Shown piece after piece: positions 1 through 11,628 of a DNA stretch of 64,000 nt (the first letter of the stretch is position 1; the number at the start of each line of letters is the position of its first letter). The stretch spans positions 9,736,001 through 9,800,000 of the forward strand of contig NC_087438.1 of the NCBI RefSeq assembly GCF_036321535.1, in the 5' to 3' direction. Source of the stretch: Camelus dromedarius. Its lineage: Eukaryota. A program made the translations under genes and the position numbers. A model generated the notes under the pieces. That model made no database searches, was not told the origin of the DNA, and saw only the letters and a program-made list of their open reading frames with translations.

Positions 1-789
1 TCTGGTTAAACCACATCAGATTAAAGAGGTAAGAGTGTGAGACACCTAGTTAACAGGGATGCAGGTCTCTGTCTACCTTTCTCGTCTCTCATCCCAGCAT
101 CCCTATACTTTTTCCTCCTGTCCTCACTGAACTGTTTGTAGTTGCTTAAACCTCACTTTTCACACTTCTCTGCATCCCGGCGGTTCCTCTGCATGGAATG
201 CCCTTTCAGTCCCTCTCTTATGAAACCTTACGTTGCCATCCAGAGAGCAAGTGCTTCCCGTAGCCCCTGCATGAACCCCGTACTTTATCTTCCTCCCACA
301 GCTGCTGTGGGTTATTCCCATGTCTGTCTCAGAGACAGGGAGCCTCTCACGGTCAATATCTCTCTTCCTCTCTTGGCTCCAGCACACAGTAAACTGCCTG
401 GCTCTTTCACAGCCACTCAGGGTTTGAGTAAATAAGTGATACCAGATCGTACATCATGGGTTAAAATTTTGTTAATTTGAGACCTGGGTGGAAGAATTTG
501 TCTTGGGAGAAAGGAGCTAACTAGACTCGGTAAACACCTTAATGGGATGCTTTTGTCTGGAGAGGAGGCATAGAAGTTTGGGGGCAGGGACCTAAATTTA
601 AAAAATGCAAGAGTTATTTGGGATGGGATAAAAGCAAAGAAGGAAAAGAGAGGAGGTCAGGCAAGAGGGAGGACGGGCAACGGCATGATGGGAAGCTCAA
701 GACTGAGTGAAAGAGGCAACCAGTGAAAACTAAATGGGCTGACAGGCTCGGTGTGCTCTCAGCACAACGCCCATTTAGCTGGTGAAATT

Positions 790-3200
790 GCTCTTTTTTA
801 ATTATGTAAAGTCTCTAGAAATCGTCATAAGCCAATTATATACGGCAAATAGAGAAACATATTCAAGAAAATTTACTAAATCTCAGTAAGCATAGCGAGA
901 GCATAGCATTTGAAACATGATTTGTTCCAACCCCCACCCCCAGCTGCGTGTTATGAAATCTTTAAACCAGGGAGCTGCATCCAAGAAGATAGGACTTTGT
1001 CTCTGCTCCTCCAGCTCCCAGTCTAAGGCTGAGCTTTCACTTCAGGAGGACCAGGCTACTGGTGTCTCTCAACATCCCAGTTCTATGTTATAGACACTCT
1101 ATTCCCAGTAGGCATGGTAGGAGGGACAGAGGCTTCCTACCCTCATCTTGAAGCCACTTTGGGGCAAAAGCTCTATCCCAGGAGTGGTAGGTCAAAAACT
1201 TCGGGGCCCCATCCCCTCTACCCTGCTTATAAAGCAGAGTTTCTATGCTTGAAGAGGCAAGACAATAAGATCAGGGGCCACTAACGCCCCCCACCCACCT
1301 CCAGAGCCCTCTTGCAGAGCAGGGAGTGTCACTTGGGTTCTGCCCAGAGAGAGAGGCAGGCCTTATGCACAAATTGCTGTACAGCTGTGCCTGAGAGAAC
1401 CGACTTTATTTGGAACAGAGCATGAAGAATTGAATACCTCAGTGTCAAAAATAATGGAGATATTGGTGGTAAGCAATTATGAGAAGCAGATAGTTTCATA
1501 ATATTAGCAGCAATAAATGAAATGGAAGAGCAACAGAATTTTAACAAAGAAAGCCAAGAAAAGAGACAGTCTAGAGAACTCTGGGCTGGAAAAACTGTGT
1601 GCAAGCAACAGGTTGCCTCCACTCAGGAGCAGTCAGAGCAGGATGTGGGATCAACTTAAATGCTTTGCCTAAGCCACACAAAGAAGCATCAGCAAGGGGC
1701 AAGAGCCTCACTGGCACAAGATGTTTAGTAGGTCCCACATATGCCCAAACACTGACTTAATATATAAGCTATGCTGACTCAGGGGCTAGCCCTAGGAAGC
1801 CAGGCTTTAAAATAAAATCATACTCATGCCTTGTGGTCTGGAAGAATACACACACCTTCAAAATGTCACCCTCTCAGGGGTGAGTCCAGAGGGTACTGGC
1901 AAACCACCAGTCCCTGAAAGAATTTTGGACAAAATATCATAAAATACCTAAAAAGCAGTCCCCAAGCCATACATACATCCAGTGAAGAGGGAGGAAAGTC
2001 TAACTGGCTAAGATGCCAAAGCACAGCTTAGACCAACGACCCAGGAGCCACACCTAGGTCGCTAGGCTGTAAGACAAAAACAAGGGGAAAAGAAATCTAA
2101 GTAGGGACATCTGAGCCTACGGACTGCTGGGGAGGTAGACTTCACAGAACTAATTCATCCAAGTCTCAAAATAAATAAATAAGTAATGAATCAAACAACC
2201 AAAACAAACCCTATGGAGGAAGAGTAAAATCAGTGTCCAGACTGACTGCAGTTTAGTATCTAAAGTTGTTCTATTTTCAAAAAAAAAATTTTGAGACATG
2301 CAAAGAAACAGGAAATTTGACTAATACCCAGTGGCAAAAAGTAAGCAATAGAAATTGCCTTTGAGAGGGTCCAGATGTTGGACTTAATAGGCAAAGATTT
2401 CAAAACAGTTATTGCAAGTATGTGCCAATAGCTAAAGAAAACGCTGTTTAAAGACTTAAAAGAATTGATTCAGTAGAGTATATTAATAAAAAGACAGAAA
2501 TTTTTAAAAGAATCAAATGATAATTCTAGAATTGAAAATTAAAATGCTAAAAAAATTTTTTTTTAAATCACTAAAGGAGTGTGTATTAGGGCTTCCATAA
2601 CAAAGTGCAACTTAAACAACAGAAATTTGTTGTCTCACAGTTCTGGAGGCAAGATGTCTGAGATCAAGGTGTTGACAGGGTGGGTTGCTTCCGAGGGTCA
2701 TGAGGGAAAGTTCTGCTCCTGGCCTCTGTCCTAGATTCTGGCAGTCTTTGATATTCTTTGACTTCTATATCATCTCAGCCTCTGCCTTCATCTACACATG
2801 GCTTTCTCCTAGAGTGTATGTCTCTATGTTCAAATGTACCCTTTTCATAAGGACACTAGTCTTACTGGATTAAAGGCGCATCCTACTCCAGCATGACCTC
2901 ATCTTAATTAATTTTATCCACAAAAGTCATCTTCTGTGGTGCTGAAGGTTTAGGTCTTTACACAATTCACCCCATAACAGAGTGCAAAAGTAGATTTGAT
3001 TTGACAGAAGAAAGAATAAGTAGACTTGAAAAGAGATCAATAGAGACTGTAAAAATCTAAAGAATAGGGAGGAAAAAGAATTAGAAAAAAATGAACAGAG
3101 CCTCAGAGAAGTGTGGGCATCATCAAACACACCAACTTGCATAATGGAAGAACCAGAAGGAGAAGAGAAAATATGTTCAAATAAATAGTGCCTGAAATTG
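790..3200 (+). mobile_element. Old L1 (L1M-type) 5' UTR/ORF1 remnant, interrupted by an MLT1 LTR
   Basis: A-rich plus strand with degenerate L1 ORF1-like segments (gaacagagcctcagagaagtgtgggca...gaaccagaaggagaagagaaa); no intact ORF; boundaries approximate. Confidence 0.65.
2582..2979 (-). mobile_element. MaLR solo LTR (MLT1-like)
   Basis: TG...CA termini, 5-bp target-site duplication GAGTG (2577-2581, 2980-2984), MLT1-like core (aaacaacagaaatttgttgtctcacagttctggaggc; atgacctcatcttaa). Confidence 0.85.
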
Positions 3201-3654
3201 GAATTAGAGGGTTGAAAGCAGGAACAAGAAAATAGGTGGGACGCAGGAAAGTAGGTGGGGTAGAAAGTAGCTAAAACATGTTTTAGAGGAACAATGTCTA
3301 TTCAATTTTAGTTTCTACACTATGTTGTGTACCATGTAACCCAAATCTTCAGCAAAAGCCTACTGTACACAATAGCCATATGCAACTAGAGTTGGGGAAA
3401 TTAAGGAAAAGAATCACTGAAGTGGGGAGGGAAGCACTGGGCACAAGCAGTAAAATGGGAGGAAGGTGGAGAAATCAAAGCCAGAGCTGACGGAGCCAAA
3501 GCCGCCAGGAATCTTCTGAAAAACTGCAAAAAAAACTTGGGCTTTATCTTAACACTGCACTTACGATGGGGTTTGAACCAGTTTTAACTGAATCTTCAGG
3601 GACAAGGAAAAACCAGCCAGGTTGCAACTTTTATTACAAGTTCAAAAATGGAGA

Positions 3655-3857
3655 ATACAGGCTATTATAATACATTAACTTGTAATGGAAAAGGCTCTGA
3701 AAAAGAATATATATATATACATATATATATATGTGCATGTATATATACATACTTTTATTATATATATACATATATATATAAAACCAAATCACTTTGCTGT
3801 AGACCTGAAACTAACACAACATCATAAATCAACTATACTTCAATAAAAAAAAGAAAA
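3655..3857 (+). mobile_element. 5'-truncated L1 3' end (artiodactyl-type) with internal (TA)n
   Basis: aatcactttgctgtagacctgaaactaacacaac...aaatcaactatacttcaataaaaaaa terminus. Confidence 0.8.
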
Positions 3858-4799
3858 AATTGGAATATAATTATTGTCCAAATGGTACTAAAATTTTATG
3901 GAAAAAGAACTTGGTCTGAGTTGCTCTTTTCTTAACTTACCACATAGCTTCAAAAATATGTCTGAACAATGAGTTGCTGAGCCTATGAATTCATATTGCC
4001 TTTTTCTTGCATCAGAAAAATATGTGAATTTTTTCCTTTAAGGGTGATTAATTCACATCACAGTTTTCCATACCTTGGGGAATGGGAGTAAGTCAAACTC
4101 ACAACCGTGATTTCTGCCATAAGATCATTTCCCCATCTTTCAATACGAACCTTCTCACCAGTGGGAAAGAATTCCAAACTGCCTGGCTGCAGGCTCACCC
4201 CATAATACATCAAAACCTCAGATAAACTCCAGCAGGGAGCTATTCCAGAAGGGACCTGCCATTCGCATCATTTCAAATCTCTTCAAAAACAGTGTATTTA
4301 TTCTGTTCAAGGCGAACCCTTTTGTGTAAGAGATAAACACACTTTAATAAAAAGATTCTGTAAATCTCAGATCTGAGGAAATCTGTAGACATAAACATAT
4401 ATGTGAATGAAGAGAAGAGTGAGATGAGCTAACAGAAAAGTCTTCCTTTGATTGTAGAGAATGTCGTCATCGGGGATTTTCTATTTTTAATGGCATGTAC
4501 CGCACAGCTGCCCTCTCACTCTACAACATTCTTCTAGAATCAGAAAGACCAACATTAATGTCATGCTTTTCTTGGAATAGAAAGTCATTTTTCCTGGAGT
4601 TAAGCAACCTGTGATTTAGATTTAGCAAAGCAAAAGCCCTGCTGAGAAAAGAGCAGTGGCAGCTCCCTGACCCCAGTCAACTTGAAGGTCAAGGAGTAAG
4701 TGAGAGAGAACATGTTTGTCTCCAAGCTGAATTTCAGGGTGAGCTGATAAGGACTGGCAGAGACGAACATGAGTGCTGCAGCCAGGATGGCTGCATCAT

Positions 4800-4950
4800 C
4801 TACTGACCGCGTGACCTTGGCCCCTGGCCAAGTTACCTATTTTGCACCTTGGTTTTCTCACATGTAAAAGGAAGATAACCCTTCGCACCTCACAAGATTG
4901 TTCTGGGGCACAAATGAGACACTGTGGGTAAAACATCTATAAGCTAATTT
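4800..4950 (+). mobile_element. MIR SINE relic
   Basis: gtgaccttgg...caagttacct...ggttttctcacatgtaaaag MIR core-like sequence. Confidence 0.55.
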
Positions 4951-5619
4951 TGCAAGCACAGGTTTTTTCTCCCCTGTCATCCCCACCTTATAAACTAGAT
5001 CTAAAAACAGAGTCTTGATGAGTAACGATTGATCATTCTTTATGAACAATTGTTCCAAGAAGAGTACTTTTATTGTCAATAAACACATAATGTGGAGACT
5101 CTGTGACCATAATTTAGAATGAAAGGAGATTTGAGCTGAAAGCAATGTTTGATGATCAGATGAAGGAGAGTAAAGGGACGACTCAATGTCACCTAGAAGC
5201 ATCACACCTGATAGCATTTGCTGAGAAATTATTCATTTAAATCAGCAGACATGAAGTTATTAGGAGACAGAAAATGCCGCAAAGCCCTCATAACCCTTTC
5301 ATAGACTGTAAACAGGTCTCCACCCCCGTGCAATGCAGTGTCTGCTTGTCAGGTTTTTCATCTGTGCAAATGAATAGGAGGCAGATGGCAGGGGTGATAC
5401 TTGTGTTCTGCTTCTAACTGGCTTTTTTTTTTTAACTTTCTGCAAAATAATTTTATTTCATTAGCCAACACTCAGGCCATTGACTGACTGATCCTTTTAG
5501 CAAGTCTACAAAATTATCTAGGACAATATTATTTAGAAATGCTGTTCTTAGGGAGCTCAGTTAATCATTCTTAAAGATAATTGATCAAGATAAGATAGTT
5601 ACAATGTATTATGGGGCTT

Positions 5620-6690
5620 ATAACACATTTAAAAGTAAAATGTATACCAATTATGAGAGGAAGGATGAATGAGAGGGATTGTAATGTTCTCACACATGAA
5701 GTTATACAATTTGAAAGTAGACTGTGACAAGCAAGGGTGTATATCGTAAACCCTCGTAAAAGAAAAATTGCACTGGACAATTGTTAAAAACAGCAAGGAA
5801 GACTTTACTGAAGACTATTGCAATAGAGGGAAGGAGACTGAACACAACTCTGCTGAAACAAAAGGCAGTAGGATTTTTGCACGCCGGGTGAGCTGATGGA
5901 AAAGTGGAGAAGGATTTAGGGAGAGATTTTATTGGTGTGATGAGGCAGTCTGTGTCGGCAAATCGTTGCTTATTGAAGTTAGGCTCCTACCCGCCCACAG
6001 AGACTGGGAGGCACGGCCCCATCTTTCTTGATGATTACATTTCGAAGGAATGGCTCGCAGATCCTTGAGAAAGATTTACATCTCAAAGGCTCAGAGAAGG
6101 GAATCACACGTTTTCTAAAGTAAATGTTCTCAGAGAAGGGAATGCGGGGCCCAGTAGTCAGGAGTAAGCCTGGCTACAGCTGGTCCAGTTGAGGGGTCAG
6201 TAAAGCCATCTCAGTCCCCCTAGGACAGCCATCAAACAGAAAGGACAGTGAATGAGGTGTAAGTCATAAGTCAATAGTGGAGATTAAGTGGAGTCATAAA
6301 CAATACTTAAAAAACGAAGCAGAAAAAGAGAAAAAAAAAAAAGAAAGAACCAGGAAGAGATGGGACAAATGGAAAACAACGAGTAAGAAGGCAGATTTAA
6401 ATCAAATCATATCAATAATTACATGAAGTATCAATGGTCTGTACACTTTAAAACACACATATCACCTGTCTTTATTAAAAGGAACAGAATTCTACAAGAA
6501 GTCCAGTTTGATTATAAAGGCACAGATGGTTTAAAAGAAAATTAAAGGATAGGAAAACATAATCAAAAGAAATCTGGAGTAGCTTTTTAAGATCAAACAA
6601 AGAAACACCAGGAGAAGGAATATTACCAAGGATAAAGAGAAGTATTACATATAATAAAAGAGTCAGTTCACCATGAAAACAAGACGATCC
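5620..6690 (+). mobile_element. Old L1M fragment (inter-ORF/early ORF2), split by an LTR
   Basis: Degenerate endonuclease-region phrases (atatcaataattacatgaagtatcaatggtct; aatcaaaagaaatctggagtagct; aaggataaagagaagtattacatataataaaagagtcagttcacc). Confidence 0.65.
5755..6217 (-). mobile_element. ERV1 solo LTR (MER34/MER39-like) nested in L1
   Basis: Flanked by a CCCT duplication (5751-5754, 6218-6221); minus strand reads ...acatttactttagaaaac...cctttgagatgtaaatct..., resembling the MER34/39 family from memory. Confidence 0.7.

Positions 6691-6694
<4 letters not shown>

Positions 6695-6733
<39 letters not shown>
6695..6733. repeat. (TG)19 microsatellite
   Basis: Direct count of TG units. Confidence 0.95.
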
Positions 6734-6737
<4 letters not shown>

Positions 6738-6764
6738 CTTCAGAATCCACAAGGAAGTATCATA

Positions 6765-6905
6765 TGGTGTCTTGTCAGCAGCCCTGGTGGGACCTGGGAG
6801 CTTACTAGGACAGCGGAGCCTCAGGCCCCATGCCTGCCCTACTGATTATAATTTGCATTTACAACAAGATCCCCAGGTGATCCGACTGAACAGCAAAATC
6901 TAGTG
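6765..6905. mobile_element. MER5-like hAT-Charlie MITE relic
   Basis: ctcaggcccc...ctactga...tgcatttacaacaagatccccaggtgat. Confidence 0.65.
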
Positions 6906-6999
6906 ATCCTAATGTAGTGCATGATGCCTCACTTCTAATAAGGAACTCTAGTGACATGTTTTCATAACACTTCTCCCAACCAGGGGAAAAAAAAAAAAA

Positions 7000-7140
7000 A
7001 AGAGGTTAATCACGTGAGGTGATGACATGTGAATGAACTTGACGGTGGTGATTGTGTCACAATGTACATGTAAACCAAATCATCAAGTTTTATACCTTAA
7101 ATATAGACAATCTTAAAATATCAATTAACTTAAAGGTAGG
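7000..7140 (+). mobile_element. Old L1 3' end fragment
   Basis: gtgaggtgatgacatgtgaatgaacttgacggtggtgat...aaatcatcaagttttataccttaaatata. Confidence 0.6.
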
Positions 7141-7504
7141 CGAAATAATTAAAATATATATTCCATCCCAAAGTCTGCAATAAGATCCAATAATTCAATA
7201 AACCTATAAACACTCAGCCCAATAGTTATAATTATTTTAATTAAAAAAAATAATCTCTTAGCTTCATGGTTCATAGAGAATGCAAAATTTCAGCAATAAT
7301 AATATAACAAAGATTTGAAAATTAGAGACTGAAAGAGTGTTCATGTGAGAAACATTCTAATATTACTTTTTTAAAAAGTAGTTTCTCCCCCATCTCAACT
7401 CTCTTTCATTAACATAACTGCTCGAAGACGTTTGAGCCACAAATATGCTTCCCAGTTACTTTGTTGGTGAGTGCTGTTCATAGTCTGCACTTGTTCAAGC
7501 TTCC

Positions 7505-7660
7505 ATGTGGTGGTTCTCGACCCAAGCTGATTTAACAGGAGGTCCTGGTCCCGCTCCCAGACGTTCTGGTTTTATTAGGCTATGGCGGGGGACCTGAGCA
7601 CCAATATTTTTTAAAAGCTTCCCAAATGATCTTAACGTACAGCCAGGGATAAAAGCCATT
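7505..7660. mobile_element. MER5-like MITE relic
   Basis: gtggttctc start; ttttaaaagcttcccaaatgatcttaacgtacagccaggg end. Confidence 0.55.
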
Positions 7661-8977
7661 ATTTTAACAAATTAAAATGTAATTAAATAAAAGCAGTTCC
7701 TTTGATTTTGTAACCCCCACACCTGCTGCTCACTGTACTTCTCCCTTCTGTCATCTCACGTAGAGGTCACTGGCTTGTGAATGAAATAATCTGCCTCACT
7801 CATCTGAACAAGCACAAAGGGAAAGCAAGCTCATTTGACAGCTTATGGTGTCAATGACATCAGCATCAGATGGCATATTAGTGCCCATACTGAGGATATT
7901 TATGACACACAACGCAGGGAGAAATTGTAGTGGCTGGACATCTTTGCTTTGGAACTGACTTACAGACACGCACAGGCTAACCCTCAAAAATGAAAGGAAC
8001 CCCGAGAAATCAGTTCTCTTTTAAATTGAAAACAAGGAGGGAATGGGCTTGATGGAGAAAAAGCTGGGCTGAGTGCCTTATGAGGAGGAGCAGAAGGACC
8101 ACACATGCTGAGCATCAGGGTCACCTCTGAAAGAAAGGTCCTCACAGCAGGTGGTAGCAGCCTGCCTCTCCCCTCCTTACACGACCTGACGTGGAACCAG
8201 GTCGGGGAAGGAACTGACCTTTGCTGAGCCATCCTTTGTCCTGGGCACTTTCTAGTTGTTTGTCTCTGTTGTTTCTCACAAAAGCCTCACACGTGGAAGG
8301 TATTGTGTACCCATTTTGCAGATAAGAAAACATGTCCCAGAAACACTAATCAACTCTGCCAAATTTACCCAGCTAGTAAGTGGTAGAACCAGAGATTGAA
8401 CCTGTCTGTAGGCTCCAAATGTTTCTCTGATCGCCCTGCTATCTCCCAGGCATCTTACTGGTCAAGAAAGGGTGTGGCCAGAAAGACAGCTGGTAGTAAA
8501 GAGAGTCTGGTAGTCTCAGAGAGGAGGGAGTCCCCCAGGCAGATCACCAGAGCCTAGAGTTACTCACTCTCCCATTCCTATGGTGCCCCAGAAGATAACA
8601 GCCACCACAAAGTGGCTTGAGCTGGGCGGGTAGATGACAAAGGTGGGAAAACCAGAACCTTCAGCAGAGCAAGCTTGGAAGTAGGGCTTGAGATGCGGTG
8701 TGTGTATGGCGGGGCATTAGCACCCTAGTTTAGAACTCTGATTTTTCCCACGAACATTTTGCTGTAGGGAAGGCTCATTACCTGTGACTAGTGTCACGAT
8801 TATATAGAAAGATGCTTGTGGTTAGCAGAGCCTTCGGTGAGCTGGTTAGCATCTAAAATAATGTGCCAAATAGAGTGAACAATCAGGTCAGGAGATTCAG
8901 GTTTACAACTACTGTCCTGAGGTGCCATTTGGTTTTGGCATTCCTGGACTTTTCATTTTATAGCAAAATAGTATTAT

Positions 8978-9688
8978 TACACTGTTGATGGGAATGTAGT
9001 TTGGTGCAGCCATTATGGAAAACAGTATGGAGATTCCTCAAAAAGCTAAAAATAGACTTACCCTATGATCCAGCAATCCCACTCCTGGGCATATAACCAG
9101 AAGGAACTCTAATTCAAAAAGATAACATGCACCCCAATGTTCACAGCAGTGCTATTTACAATAGCCAAGACATGGAAGCAACGTAAATGTCCACTGACAG
9201 ATGACTGGATAAAGAAGGTGTGGTATATTTATATAATAGAATACTACTTGGCCATAAAAAAGAATAAAATAATGCCATTTGCAGCAACATGGGTGGACCT
9301 GGAGATCATCATTCCAAGTGAAGTAAGCCAGAAAGAGAAAGAAAAATACTATATGATATCACTCATATGTGAAATCTGAAAAAAAAAAAAGACACAAATA
9401 ACTTATTTACAAAACAGAAACAGACTCACAGACACAGAAAAGAAACTTATGGTTACTAGAGGGGAAAGGGGATGGGAAGGGATAAACTGGGAGTTTGAGA
9501 TTTGTAGATACTAGCTACTATGTATAAAATAGATAAATAACAAGTTTCTCCTGTATAGCACAGGGAACTATATTCAATATGTAATAAAAAAGAATGTGAA
9601 AAGGGACATATGTATGACTGGGACATTATGCTGTACACCAGAAATTGACACAACATTGTAAATTGATTATACTTCAATTTAAAAAAAA
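8978..9688 (+). mobile_element. Young camelid-type L1, 5'-truncated (ORF2 C-terminus plus 3' UTR and A tail)
   Basis: ORF 9137-9379 MFTAVLFTIAKTWKQRKCPLTDDWIKKVWYIY...IMPFAATWVDLE is the L1 ORF2 C-terminus; degenerate TSD aaaatagtattatta / aaaatagtgctaata. Confidence 0.92.
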
Positions 9689-11167
9689 TAGTGCTAATAA
9701 TAATTCTGTTGAAATAGACCAGGATGAATTTGAACCTACAGTTTCTGCCATGGTCTCATGTGTGAGACGCAAAGTGCCCCTTTTAACGTAGGCTTAAATT
9801 TGAAAAAGAATCCGTGATATCTACGGATCAACACCTTTGCCCCACACCAATATTAAGATGCTTCTGTGAAAATTCTGGCTGTGCTTCTTGAAGAGCTAAA
9901 GAATAGTTTTTGAAGTGAAGCATAGCAAGCAAGCAAGCATCTCTTTAAGTCTAGGACTCTCTGTCTAAATGCAAGTTTTCCTCCAAGGGGTCTCATCTTA
10001 AGCATTTCAATCTGCTGAGAGCCAAGGATATGGCTGAAGGTGGCAATGAGGTAGAGGAAAGGGTCTGTATGTAAAGACACAACTAAGGGTTTCACAACGT
10101 GGCGGAAGTTTGCCCCAGTCTATACAATCCAATAAACCACCTTGGGATTTATGTTAAAGCCCTACAGATCCTACAGAGCCACGGCTCACCATAAATGCTT
10201 TCCTGTCACAGGGACTGGGTGCTGTGGACTGATCCAGTAGAACCAAGAGGACGTGATTTCAGCAAGGTTCAGACCCACGCTGCAGGCAGCAGTACGACAG
10301 TGCTCTGCCTGGTGTCATATTTCTTCTACAAGATGTACTTATGAATTAGGAAGAGGCTGGCATGAAATTATACTGCTAAGGTCTATTTGATTCCCAGATA
10401 CTTCCTCATTCTCTTTTACCATTCACTTAGAGACCCATTCATATTATATTAAAAAAGGGATTTAAATTTTCCTGAAATGAGCTATTTGATTTTCACTCAC
10501 ATAGAAGACATCGATTTTTAGAACATTACCTATTTGTTCAATGTATTGTACATAATACATATCTGTATGAGTAACAGTATACTACATCTAAGTGCAACAT
10601 GTCAGTGTTAGCTGGATTCAAAATAATTAAATGTGCGATGATTCCACACCTTTAACAAAAGCTAAGGAAAGCTGCCTCACTATTCCACACTCAGCCCAAA
10701 TTTGTCAGTAAATTCCCCAATCTTACATGGTGTCAGGAAGGGTCAAACAACATATTCCGCTTTTTTTCATTGAAGACTATTGGTAGGCTTAGCATGGGGG
10801 GAAACAGATTAGGAAAACAAGCAACAAATAAAAATAAATCAAAATAGGCTACGGCAAACAAGATATATTCATTAGCTATATTTTCCAGTTAAGGCTTAAT
10901 TTTTTAATTTCTAATACAATCATAATTCTTGTTTTCCCAGGACATGATTCAGTTTACAGCAATCATCTTCTTTTTAAATCCCCTCATTTGTGTCACTTAT
11001 AAATCTTTGTGATCAGTGGTGTAATGTATCAGGGGTTGTAAGATGTGAACAATGGCAATTTATGATGTTCCTAAGACACTGAAAACATTTTCACTATTTG
11101 CTAGAATAGGAAAATTTTCTCGGGTCCATGCAAACGATCACTGTTCAAATGGTAAGACACTGAAATG

Positions 11168-11320
11168 GGGAGGGGGGGGTGGAATAGCTCAGTGGTAGAG
11201 TGCGTGCTTAGCATGCATGAGGTCCTGGGTTTAATCCCCAGTACCTCCATTAAATAAATAAATAAAAATTAAAAATAAATCAGCAGTAAGCATGCTTGCC
11301 CTTAAAATAAAAACAAAAAC
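11168..11320 (+). mobile_element. tRNA-derived SINE (Vic-1-like, camelid)
   Basis: A box TAGCTCAGTGG, B-box-like GGTTTAATCCCC, tRNA-Ala-like head, A-rich tail; 14-bp TSD aagacactgaaatg (11154-11167) / aagacactaaaatg (11321-11334). Confidence 0.9.
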
Positions 11321-11443
11321 AAGACACTAAAATGTTTTATAAGCTTTTTCCCTACAGGCCTCCTGGGATTTGCTGTATCTGCATAAATTATCAATGGCGA
11401 CATCACAGCGGACTGGGAGGAGCAAGGTGACACTTCGTGTAGA

Positions 11444-11628
11444 TTTTTTTAAATTATTTGTATATAATATTTAAAGGTTACACTCCATTTACGGTTATTT
11501 CAAAATATTGGCGCTATTCCCCCTGTTGTACAGGACATCCCTGTAGCCTCTCTTACACCCGGTAGCTTGCCCCTCCCACTCCCCACCCCCGTCTCCCTCT
11601 CTCCGCACTGGTGACCACCAGTTTGTTC
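11444..11628 (-). mobile_element. L1 3' end fragment
   Basis: T tract, then tttaaaggttacactccatttacggttatt...ctgttgtacagg...actggtgaccaccagtttgttc. Confidence 0.8.

Noticed and set aside
8182..8204. 12-mer TGACGTGGAACC shared with the minisatellite unit, inside a 7-bp inverted repeat
   Set aside because: With 26 possible 12-mers per unit and 128 kb of double-stranded search space, one match is not unexpected; there is no further homology.
9137..9379. Independent 80-aa gene
   Set aside because: It is the C-terminal part of L1 ORF2 in a 5'-truncated insertion.
11168..11250. tRNA-Ala gene
   Set aside because: It has an A-rich tail, TSDs, a mutated B box and no clean acceptor stem; it is a tRNA-derived SINE.
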